Shown: positions 8,990 through 17,066 of the stretch, piece by piece
Numbering within the stretch: position 1 is the first letter of the stretch
How the letters are laid out: every line of letters starts with the position of its first letter
Assembly (NCBI GenBank): GCA_964536835.1
Contig: CAZIAZ010000004.1
Coordinates: 18,861 to 82,860 of the forward strand
Length of the DNA stretch: 64,000 nt
Direction of reading: 5' to 3'
Origin: an uncultured Planctomycetaceae bacterium
GTDB lineage: Bacteria > Planctomycetota > Phycisphaerae > SM23-33
Translations under genes and position numbers: made by a program
Notes under the pieces: model-generated
What the model saw: only the letters and a program-made list of their open reading frames with translations
What the model was told of the DNA's origin: nothing
Database searches by the model: none

Positions 8990-11456
8990 AAGTCAATTCG
9001 TAGATCCAAAGGAAGTTCGCAAAGCCGGCCAGATTGATTTCACCCCAATTCCGGTAAATCAATACAATCGCACGGTGAAACAGGAACTCAAGTCCGGCAA
9101 GTTCACCAAGGAAGACCTCATCCGCATTCAGCGCGACATGATGCTGCTCCGCGGATTCGAGAACATGTTGAACGAAATCAAGACCAAAGGCTCATACGCC
9201 GGCCTGGAATACAATCATCGCGGCCCTGCGCACCTGTCCATCGGCCAGGAGTCAGCCGCCGTCGGCCAATCCTATCTGCTCGGCGTCGACGACCACACCT
9301 ACGGCAGCCATCGCAGCCACAGCGAGATTCTGGCCAAAAGCCTCTCCGCCATTCAGAAACTCGGCGATGCCGAACTTTTGAACATAATGAAAAACTACTT
9401 TGACGGCGAATGCCTGAAAGTCGTCGAAAAAGACGCAACCGGCGACACGAAAGCGTTAGCGATAGATTATCTCGTTTACGGCGCATTGGCGGAAATTTTC
9501 GGCCGCAAAGCCGGCTTCAACAAAGGCATGGGCGGCTCGATGCACACTTTTTATCCGCCGTTCGGCCTTATGCCCAACAACGCCATCGTCGGCGGCAGCG
9601 GCGATATCAGCGTCGGAGCCGCACTTTACAAGAAAATCAATAAAAAGCCCGGCATAGTCATCGGCAATATCGGCGATGCTTCGCTCGGCTGCGGGCCGGT
9701 ATGGGAAGGCCTCTGCCTGGCTACTATGGACCAGTACAAGACCCTCTGGGATGAAGCCCACCGCGGCGGCCTGCCGTTCATATTGAACTTTTTCAACAAC
9801 TTCTACGGCATGGGCGGCCAGACCTGCGGCGAAACGATGGGTTACAAAATTCTGGCTCGCCTGGGCGCAGGCATAAATCCGGAACAGATGCACGCAGAGC
9901 GGGTGGACGGCTTCAATCCGCTGGCTGTCATAGACGCAATCGAACGAAAGAAGGAAATCCTCGCCCGCGGCGAAGGACCAGTATTGATGGACACCATCAC
10001 CTACCGCTTCAGCGGCCACAGCCCGTCGGACGCAATGAGCTACCGTACGCGCGAAGAAGTCGAAGCCTGGCAGGAAGTAGACCCGATAAAGACATTCGCG
10101 GCCCAGCTCATCGAAGCGGGCGTATGCAAACAGGACGATATCGACAACCTGCAGCAGTGGGTTGAAAGCGTATTGGTAAAGGCGATGGCAAAGGCTATCG
10201 ACCTGAACATATCGCCCCGCACCGACCTGTTCAAGGAAGACAACCTGCTGCAGAAGACGATGTTATCCAACAGGAAGATTGAAAATTTCGACACGTCGCG
10301 CAAGCCTGAAACCCTGCTGCCCTTTGGCGAAGACCCACGCAGCATCCAGATTAAAGGCCGCAGCCGTTCCGGCTTCGATGCGGAAGGCAAGGCACTGCCG
10401 AAAAACAAATGCGTCGTCATTCGCGACGCCCTCTTCGAGGCGGCTCGCGACGCATTTTATCGCGACTCGACCCTGGTTGCCTACGGCGAAGAAAACCGCG
10501 ACTGGGGCGGTGCGTTCGGCGTATATCGCGGCTTGACGGAAGCCATTCCGTATCACAGGCTGTTCAATTCGCCAATCAGCGAAGGCGCAATCTGCGGCAG
10601 TGCCTGCGGATACGCCCTCGAAGGCGGCCGCGCAATGGTGGAACTGATGTACTGCGACTTCCTCGGCCGCGCCGGCGATGAAATATTCAATCAGCTCTCC
10701 AAATGGCAGAGCATGTCCGGCGGCCTCCTTCAGATGCCAGTCGTGGTTCGAGTATCAGTCGGCAGCAAATACGGCGCACAGCACAGCCAGGATTGGGCGG
10801 CACTTGTGGCGCATATTCCGGGCCTGAAAGTCGTATTTCCCGCAACCCCATATGACGCCAAAGGCATGCTGAACACGGCTCTGGTCGGAACGGACCCGGT
10901 CATATTCTTCGAATCGCAGCGGCTGTATGACATGCCGGAACATTTTGAGAAAGAAGTGCCGGCAGGTTACTATGAAGTACCATTCGGTGAGCCGGCAATC
11001 CGCCGTGAAGGCAAAGACATTACAATCCTAACCATCGGCGCGACACTCTACAGGGCATTGGACACGGCGAAGATTCTGGAAGAAAAATACGGCATCAGTG
11101 CGGAAGTGATAGACGCCCGCTCAATAGTGCCGTTCAACTATGAAAAGGTCATCGAGTCGGTCAAGAAAACCCGCAAGATACTGCTAGCCAGCGATGCGTG
11201 TGAACGCGGCAGCTTCCTGCACACGATGGCCAGCCGAATTTCGCAGATTGCGTTCGATGAACTCGACGCTCCGGCTGCAGTCGTAGGCGCAAAGAACTGG
11301 ATTACGCCGCCAGACGAAATCGAGCAGTCGTTCTTCCCGTTCCCGAACGATATCCTCGATGCCGTCAACGAATACCTGATTCCGTTAGCCGGTTACAAAA
11401 CTGTCCGGCCATGCGACGCAGCCAAGCTGCTGAAAGACGCAAAAGAAGGTATATGA
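8982..11456 (+). CDS. 2-oxoacid (pyruvate/acetoin-type) dehydrogenase E1 component, fused alpha+beta subunits
   Basis: 824 aa. The N-terminal half is a TPP-binding E1-alpha. The C-terminal half is a transketolase-like E1-beta (..[21 protein letters not shown]..). Confidence 0.88.
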   Translation: MPKSQFVDPKEVRKAGQIDFTPIPVNQYNRTVKQELKSGKFTKEDLIRIQRDMMLLRGFENMLNEIKTKGSYAGLEYNHRGPAHLSIGQESAAVGQSYLLGVDDHTYGSHRSHSEILAKSLSAIQKLGDAELLNIMKNYFDGECLKVVEKDATGDTKALAIDYLVYGALAEIFGRKAGFNKGMGGSMHTFYPPFGLMPNNAIVGGSGDISVGAALYKKINKKPGIVIGNIGDASLGCGPVWEGLCLATMDQYKTLWDEAHRGGLPFILNFFNNFYGMGGQTCGETMGYKILARLGAGINPEQMHAERVDGFNPLAVIDAIERKKEILARGEGPVLMDTITYRFSGHSPSDAMSYRTREEVEAWQEVDPIKTFAAQLIEAGVCKQDDIDNLQQWVESVLVKAMAKAIDLNISPRTDLFKEDNLLQKTMLSNRKIENFDTSRKPETLLPFGEDPRSIQIKGRSRSGFDAEGKALPKNKCVVIRDALFEAARDAFYRDSTLVAYGEENRDWGGAFGVYRGLTEAIPYHRLFNSPISEGAICGSACGYALEGGRAMVELMYCDFLGRAGDEIFNQLSKWQSMSGGLLQMPVVVRVSVGSKYGAQHSQDWAALVAHIPGLKVVFPATPYDAKGMLNTALVGTDPVIFFESQRLYDMPEHFEKEVPAGYYEVPFGEPAIRREGKDITILTIGATLYRALDTAKILEEKYGISAEVIDARSIVPFNYEKVIESVKKTRKILLASDACERGSFLHTMASRISQIAFDELDAPAAVVGAKNWITPPDEIEQSFFPFPNDILDAVNEYLIPLAGYKTVRPCDAAKLLKDAKEGI

Positions 11457-11486
11457 AAAATTTCAAATTTGGAAATTGCAGATTGT

Positions 11487-11649
11487 TAGAGCATTGAAAG
11501 ATTGAGAGTTCATATTTTTGCGCCAGTGGGTTTGTTCGTGGCAAGGAAGGAAAATGAGGCATACTTGGCAGTATTCTGAAGTTTTTCTGACGCAGCCACG
11601 GACAAAGCAAACCAGCAAAAAAAGAACTCTCAAGATTGAACTGCTCTAA
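11487..11649. mobile_element. Palindromic MITE-like repeat, copy A (TAGAGCA-type termini)
   Basis: Imperfect terminal inverted repeats tagagcattgaaagattgagagttc / gaactctcaagattgaactgctcta. The core ggcaaggaagg..gcatact..attctg..gtttttctgacgcagcc is shared with the copies at 27.0 kb and 40.3 kb. Confidence 0.7.
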
Positions 11650-11810
11650 TTGTTTTTATTTTTCAAACTGCCCGATTTATATGGTTTTTCGCATATAAGG
11701 CGGAAAGTTAAAAATATTGTCAATCGGTCGCTTTGAATAATTTCTGATTTGTAGTTTCTGATTTTAAACGATATGCAGGGACACACGCCGGAATAATATT
11801 CTTGCGTGGC

Positions 11811-11846
11811 GCGGCGGATACCGGATGTATCCGCCGTGTTTTTTTT
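11811..11846 (+). terminator. Intrinsic terminator with no annotated gene upstream
   Basis: GGCGGATAC-cggat-GTATCCGCC followed by gtg and T8, about 350 nt after the E1 stop. Confidence 0.6.
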
Positions 11847-11935
11847 GCGCGGATTTTGAAAACCTCGAACTCTGTTAATAAAAGCCCATACGCCAGAACA
11901 TTGCAAGACTGTCAAGAACCGCTATAAAACTTGCT

Positions 11936-12961
11936 CTACAAAATAAAATATTCACTCAAATCGCAGCCGCAGAATTTGCATATCATGCCACTGCCAGCCT
12001 GCATGGTCACTTGAAAAATGTCGCGACGGATAACCGGCTTGCCGCATGATGGACAGAACGTGGTCGAACCCTGTAAATCGACCGCATTGCCGGTATAGAC
12101 GAATTTCAAGCCTTCTTCCAGTGCTATTTCGCGAGACCGCGTTAGCGTTTCCAGCGATGTCGGCGGCCGGTCAATCAGTTTGTAGCATGGCCTGAACGCA
12201 GTCAGATGCCACGGCGTAAACGGCCCGCATTGCCGATAAATCCATTTGGCGCAACTGCGAACTTCATCCTGTGAATCATTCGCACCAGGTATCAGAAGCG
12301 TCGTAAGCTCAACCAATGCATCAGTCTTGTGCACGAGATATTCTATATTGTCCAGAATCGGCGTAAGATGTGCGTCGCAGAGTTCCATATAAAAAGTGTC
12401 GGTGAAGGCTTTGATGTCCACGTTTATGGCGTCAAAATGCGTGAAAAATTCATTCCTGGCCAACGGCGTGATATAACCGTTCGACACTGCCACCGCCGAA
12501 AGGTTCGCCGCGTGAGCCGCATCGGCGATGTCCATCGCGAATTCCGCAAAAACTATCGGTTCGTTGTACGTCACGGCGACCGAGCTGCATTTATGGCTGA
12601 CGGCAGCGTCGACGATGTCCTGCGGAGAAATCGGCGTCATTCGTATGTCGCCGACCCGCGCACGCGAAATGTCGCAATTCTGACAGAACAGGCAGCCGAG
12701 GTTGCATCCCACCGTCCCCATCGACATGACACTACTGCCTGGTTTGAAATGGTATAGCGGTTTTTTCTCCACCGGGTCAACAGCCAGCGCACTGCACAAA
12801 CCGTAAGTCATCTGGAACAGTTTGCCGTCGATATTTTTTCGCGTATGACAATAGCCTTCACGGCCATGCGCAATATGGCAGTTACGCGGACACAGGAGGC
12901 ATTCTATCGTGTCACCGGATGCTTTCCACCATTTGGCCGGTTTGGGCGCAGACTGCGTCAT
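11936..12961 (-). CDS. amrS: AmmeMemoRadiSam system radical SAM enzyme
   Basis: CX3CX2C motif (GCNLGCLFCQN) and an N-terminal Cys-rich segment (ECLLCPRNCHI). ATGA overlap with the upstream fusion gene. Confidence 0.85.
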   Translation of the reverse strand: MTQSAPKPAKWWKASGDTIECLLCPRNCHIAHGREGYCHTRKNIDGKLFQMTYGLCSALAVDPVEKKPLYHFKPGSSVMSMGTVGCNLGCLFCQNCDISRARVGDIRMTPISPQDIVDAAVSHKCSSVAVTYNEPIVFAEFAMDIADAAHAANLSAVAVSNGYITPLARNEFFTHFDAINVDIKAFTDTFYMELCDAHLTPILDNIEYLVHKTDALVELTTLLIPGANDSQDEVRSCAKWIYRQCGPFTPWHLTAFRPCYKLIDRPPTSLETLTRSREIALEEGLKFVYTGNAVDLQGSTTFCPSCGKPVIRRDIFQVTMQAGSGMICKFCGCDLSEYFIL

Positions 12962-14304
12962 TTTATCTTGTCCACCTTGAATCTCATTATCGTCACAGGC
13001 TCGGTCGGGCCGATGCCGGCCTTCTGCCTTGTGGCTAAAAGCTGTTTTTCAACAGTGTCGAGCTGTTCTATTCCAGGCAGCATCAGTGCGCGTCTGCCGT
13101 CGGCGGTGGAGATTATCACGCCGTAAATTTTGGGGTCAAGATCATCTTCCGAATCTGCCGGTTCCGGCTCATGGAGTATGCTCACTTCAAATTTCAGGCC
13201 GCTCAGTTCTTCGGGGCGTATCGGATAGAAACGCGGGTCTTCACACGCAGCCATTTTGGCACAATATTCGGTCTGCCGCACCACGTTCGGCTCGGTCGGG
13301 CCGATTGTTCCCATACAGCCGCGCAGATTACCGTTCGATTCGTAGATAGTTACGAATACGCCGGCTTTGCGAGCCAGTTCATCCATCGGCGGCGGCGATT
13401 TGGGGGCTTCGCGGCCTTTGACTTCAGCGGTTACGACGGCACGGGCGTAATCCAGCAGCATATCAAGGCTGTATGGTTTTTCTTTTACTTCGCCGTTGGC
13501 GTCGTAAAGAACGGCCACCGTGTAGCCGACGCCGAAAGGCCCTTCGTAACTTAGCACGTCGCGGCCGCGAGTGCGATAGCCGGTGGCTGACATCGCCACG
13601 AGCGTAGAATCCACCACGTCTTCCGCCGCCAAATTGCGTAGATCAGCATCGATACTTTTTACATGTTCGTAATCGCCCCTGTTCAGGAGTTCCACGAATT
13701 CACTGTCGAACATTTTAGCCTGCGGATGATAGCCGGCTGGCGCATTGCGCAAAAGCCGGTGACTCATATCGCCGCTGGCGATGAATGCAACCGGATGGCC
13801 GTACTCTTTTGCGGCGGCAGCTATGGCCAGGCCGAGCTCATCCAATCCGCCGCTGCCGGGGTAATTCAGGCTGATGACGCTCACGGGGCCCTGCCAACCG
13901 GCTTTTACCAGATACCACAACGGCACTATCGCCGAATGATCTTCGGAAAAATCTCCGCTTACGCGCCACGACTGCAAGCCGTAATTTTTAACGGCTTTCA
14001 CAAGGAGTTTGTTGAAATCTTCATTATTGGGCAGATCCACAGCAGCCGACGGACAGCCGAAATGAATCAGCGAACCGGCAAGACGTTCGCCGCGCCATAT
14101 TCCGAACGCCACGCGGTCACGCGGTGAATGAGGGGCTATTATCACGAGGCATTGCGGCTTTGCGGCGACGATTTTTTGCGAAAGAATGCTCATGGCAGCC
14201 ATGGTGGCGGCGCATTTTTCTTCACGGCCACGGCCTATGCCAGGCACGGCAATCGGCGGATGCGGATATAGACCGGCAATGATTATCTGCCCATTATCAG
14301 CCAT
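12958..14304 (-). CDS. Fusion of a Memo/LigB-superfamily domain (AmrB-like) and an AMMECR1 domain (AmrA-like)
   Basis: N-terminus: AGLYPHPP, IAPHSP, SGDMSHRL. C-terminus: AMMECR1 motifs LRGCMGT and CEDPRF. Start trimmed to MADNGQII (ATG 14304, AGGAG upstream). Confidence 0.8.
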   Translation of the reverse strand: MADNGQIIIAGLYPHPPIAVPGIGRGREEKCAATMAAMSILSQKIVAAKPQCLVIIAPHSPRDRVAFGIWRGERLAGSLIHFGCPSAAVDLPNNEDFNKLLVKAVKNYGLQSWRVSGDFSEDHSAIVPLWYLVKAGWQGPVSVISLNYPGSGGLDELGLAIAAAAKEYGHPVAFIASGDMSHRLLRNAPAGYHPQAKMFDSEFVELLNRGDYEHVKSIDADLRNLAAEDVVDSTLVAMSATGYRTRGRDVLSYEGPFGVGYTVAVLYDANGEVKEKPYSLDMLLDYARAVVTAEVKGREAPKSPPPMDELARKAGVFVTIYESNGNLRGCMGTIGPTEPNVVRQTEYCAKMAACEDPRFYPIRPEELSGLKFEVSILHEPEPADSEDDLDPKIYGVIISTADGRRALMLPGIEQLDTVEKQLLATRQKAGIGPTEPVTIMRFKVDKIK

Positions 14305-14477
14305 CGATTTCTCCTTCTGACTATCATTATATGCGGCAAAATAACCCAAAAACGGGAAATCAGGCGGAATGCATCGAAGAGCAAAAATCAATTCCCCTAG
14401 CACAGACTGCTTTCCGCAAGAAACCCAACTGTCCTGCAAACAATTCCCTGCAATAAATTCGTGCGCCAAGCCGGCGG

Positions 14478-14924
14478 TCAGTTGCTCTTTTTTTTCTCTC
14501 TTTCCAGCTGATCCTGCAACTCGACTATTTTTTTTTGAGCCGAGTCAAGCTGAAGTTTGTAACGGTCCCGCTGCGCCGGAACGTCTCCCAAAACTTTCAC
14601 CTGCTCCCTGAGCTTGTAATTGTCAAGTTTGTAATGGTTCAGTTCCTGGGTAAGACGGTCTTCGCGGGCAAGAAGCTCTTTAACGCGGCCGTCAAGTATC
14701 GCATTAAGGCTGGTAAGATTTTCAACGTCTTCCTTGAGTTTTTTATTATCCTTCTTTAACTGGGCAAACTCCATAGTCTGAGTTTCGTCTTCCTTTTCCA
14801 CAGGCTTGGGTTTGGCCCAGTCCCAGTTCGGCTGCTGGAGCTTCATGTCTTTCTTTTCGCAGCCGGCAAGCGTTACGAAGGTTGCGAAAAGCGTCGTTAA
14901 CATGATGACTTTAAAAATACTCAT
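14478..14924 (-). CDS. Coiled-coil lipoprotein, function unknown
   Basis: Signal peptide plus lipobox (MSIFKVIMLTTLFATFVTLAGC) followed by a heptad-rich K/E/L sequence. Start trimmed to ATG 14924. Confidence 0.6.
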   Translation of the reverse strand: MSIFKVIMLTTLFATFVTLAGCEKKDMKLQQPNWDWAKPKPVEKEDETQTMEFAQLKKDNKKLKEDVENLTSLNAILDGRVKELLAREDRLTQELNHYKLDNYKLREQVKVLGDVPAQRDRYKLQLDSAQKKIVELQDQLEREKKKSN

Positions 14925-15020
14925 GCGGAAATCATAACACCAAACGGCTGCGTTCGTCCAGAGTTTTTTACTTTGCCGTCGGCGGGTTTTCCGAATTTTC
15001 ATCCATGCGAAAATGAGCGC

Positions 15021-15389
15021 AAAAAAAATGGGCGACAACGGTTGCTCAGACCTGTTATCGCCCTTCGCCTTGCTGTAGAGATCCTTATCCGTTGAAACCG
15101 GCAGGAGGAGAAAAACCGGTATGATCTGCGGGCGCTCATCTCCGCAAACCCTCGTTCGGCATAATCTCTACTCTATAAACGAGGCCTGACCGCGATACAA
15201 CTGAAAAATCAGGATCGCAAGCTTCCGTGTGGGCGCTCATCTCCACATGGTGCAAATACAGACCTCTTCTAGAGGCTCGTGTAGTTCCGTTTGTCTGAAC
15301 CGGCAGTTGGTTGGTTGGGAGAAGAAAAGAGTTACCAGTTCAGCCCTCTCGGCTCCTCGAAATACAACTCTCGAAGTCGAAACCGTCCC
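15021..15389 (-). ncRNA. Candidate structured RNA with tmRNA-like 5' domain (identity unresolved)
   Basis: Lies in a 770-bp ORF-free gap. The minus strand reads GGGACGGUUUCGAC..GAGCCGAGAGGGCUGAACUGG..CCGGUUCAG.., then two hairpins with identical loops, then an intrinsic terminator (15021-15063). See findings. Confidence 0.5.
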
Positions 15390-15693
15390 TACACTAAAAA
15401 ATATTAGATTGCCAAGGCGTCAAAATGCGACACTTTGCGCCGCACAATATCAGGTGTGCACCTGGCATGCCAAAATTCGGCCGAAAACCATACCGAGGCT
15501 AATTTTGTCATAACATGCCTAAAACAATAACATTAAGACAAAGAAGATTTTTAAAATTTTTTAAACAAACCGCCGCATTCCCTCGAAACGCTATAGCATT
15601 ACTGTTGCAGAATGCAACACGAAACTTATGCAGGCCCATAGGTTCAAAGCAATTTTAGAAGTGATTATCGCCGCCCAAATCGGAACAGCCGCG

Positions 15694-16353
15694 CTACCGG
15701 ACATACTTGAGAAGTGCCGCTTTATAAAAATTTCTGCCCTGCTCGACGTATTTTTTCTCAAAATTCGTGCCGACGATGTGTACGTCGCTATCGAGCAATT
15801 TGGGGAAATCGGTTCTTGCAAAACCTTCGGCGTCGGTAATAACCTTCAGCATATGTTCGAAATATTCACGATGGTCGGTGACTATTAAAAATTGTCCGCC
15901 AGGCTTGAGCACTCGCCGGACATGTTGCAAAAATTCCGGCTGAAGTATGCGACGGCGATGATGTCTGCGTTTGGGCCACGGGTCAGGGAAGTACAGATGC
16001 ACACGAAATACGCTGTTGTCGGGCAGCAGTTTTTTAAAAAAACGCTCAGCGTCGGCGTGGAGCATTTTTGCGTTGGTCAGGCCTGCGCGGCGGATGCGGT
16101 CGGCGGCGTATTTGGCATACGGCGCGGCGTATTCGATACCCAGGAAATTGACCTCCGGCCGATATGCTGCCCGTGCGACGAGAAATGTGCCCTTGCCCAC
16201 ACCGATTTCAATCTCCAGCGGCACTGCAGGGTCTGCAAAAAATTCCGATATGTCAAAAACCTCAGCCTGCGAAACATCCGGCAGGAGTACGCCGTCGTAC
16301 TCCCATTTTTTGTTCCTGTCGCGTAAAAGCGTTTTGGGGGAATTCGTTCTCAT
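15694..16353 (-). CDS. trmB: tRNA (guanine46-N7)-methyltransferase
   Basis: EIGVGKGTFL SAM motif and the conserved FPDPWPKRRHHRRR segment. Confidence 0.9.
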   Translation of the reverse strand: MRTNSPKTLLRDRNKKWEYDGVLLPDVSQAEVFDISEFFADPAVPLEIEIGVGKGTFLVARAAYRPEVNFLGIEYAAPYAKYAADRIRRAGLTNAKMLHADAERFFKKLLPDNSVFRVHLYFPDPWPKRRHHRRRILQPEFLQHVRRVLKPGGQFLIVTDHREYFEHMLKVITDAEGFARTDFPKLLDSDVHIVGTNFEKKYVEQGRNFYKAALLKYVR

Positions 16354-16459
16354 GGCCGAGGATTGTAGTAAGATGACAATAAAATTTCAATTTGATTCAA
16401 TTCAACAGCCGACTTTCAAGTATCGAATAATGATTAAATTCCATCAAAAGAGACGGTTT

Positions 16460-16921
16460 TTACTTTTTGAGACCTTTCCAGTTTTCGACGATGAAACCGC
16501 CGCTGACTTCATCGTTCCGGAGAATGGTAAAGATGGCGGCATGGAATTCGGTATCCTGGCCGAAGAGCACAGGAAACGGCAATGGCTTGGAATAACGGCC
16601 GGATTCGTCGTATACCCAGACGACTTTATCGTCGTGTTTTTTTGCACATTTCTGCACATCGTTTATTATCACTTTGCGGCGCGGCTGATTTTGCGGGACG
16701 GCATCGCTGAACTGCCGGAGCGACAATACGGCATCCGGTTTGCCGAGGCGTTTTTCGAGTTGTGCCGAGTTGACGGACTGGCCGTGTTCGACGGCTGATT
16801 GCGTGAGGTAGAGATCCTCCACCCACTCCCGCTGTTCGTCGACACAGCCGGTCATAATGCATCCGCATACAATCGCCGTCGTAACAATCGTTTTAAATTT
16901 TAAAAAATTCGGCAGATTCAT
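16460..16921 (-). CDS. Hypothetical lipoprotein
   Basis: Signal peptide with IMTGC lipobox. No recognisable domain. Confidence 0.5.
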   Translation of the reverse strand: MNLPNFLKFKTIVTTAIVCGCIMTGCVDEQREWVEDLYLTQSAVEHGQSVNSAQLEKRLGKPDAVLSLRQFSDAVPQNQPRRKVIINDVQKCAKKHDDKVVWVYDESGRYSKPLPFPVLFGQDTEFHAAIFTILRNDEVSGGFIVENWKGLKK

Positions 16922-17058
16922 TTCTTACCGTCGTCTTTTTTTGATGGAAATATATCGCCGCAGTCGCATTTGGTGGTTTTGCCTTTTTTTAACCTTACAA
17001 GCTGGCGAACGAAAAGTATTGCGCCGGCGATAAGGCAAAGAAGGCCTATTGTTTTCAT
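16918..17058 (-). CDS. Possible 46-aa single-pass membrane micro-protein
   Basis: Below the ORF-track size cutoff. Reads MKTIGLLCLIAGAILFVRQLVRLKKGKTTKCDCGDIFPSKKDDGKK. Starts 9 nt after the HEAT gene stop, and its stop overlaps the next start (ATGA). Confidence 0.35.
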   Translation of the reverse strand: MKTIGLLCLIAGAILFVRQLVRLKKGKTTKCDCGDIFPSKKDDGKK

Positions 17059-17066
17059 GTCAGCCG

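Noticed and set aside
11533-11600. Hammerhead-like ribozyme core in the repeat family (CUGACG..)
   Set aside because: The conserved box is CUGACGC/CUGACGU, not CUGANGA. No matching GAAA box or three-way junction could be drawn.
12958-14469. N-terminal extensions offered by the ORF track. This one adds 55 aa; others are 19695..20966, 41887..42795, 14478..15038, 47304..47834, 33047..34258, 51358..52635 and 52571..53302.
   Set aside because: The extensions overlap upstream genes or lack an RBS. Internal ATGs with AGGAG-type Shine-Dalgarno sequences coincide with the start of family-typical sequence. Some track starts are GTG or TTG.
15021-15389. Calling this locus a canonical tmRNA (ssrA) gene
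   Set aside because: The 5' box, PK1-like pseudoknot and tag-like ORF fit. But I cannot fold an acceptor stem, a T-arm (GGUUCGA) or an ACCA end on either strand. The 5' GGG is too close to the GGUUUCGAC box, and no permuted acceptor piece is visible upstream. It is kept as an unresolved ncRNA candidate.
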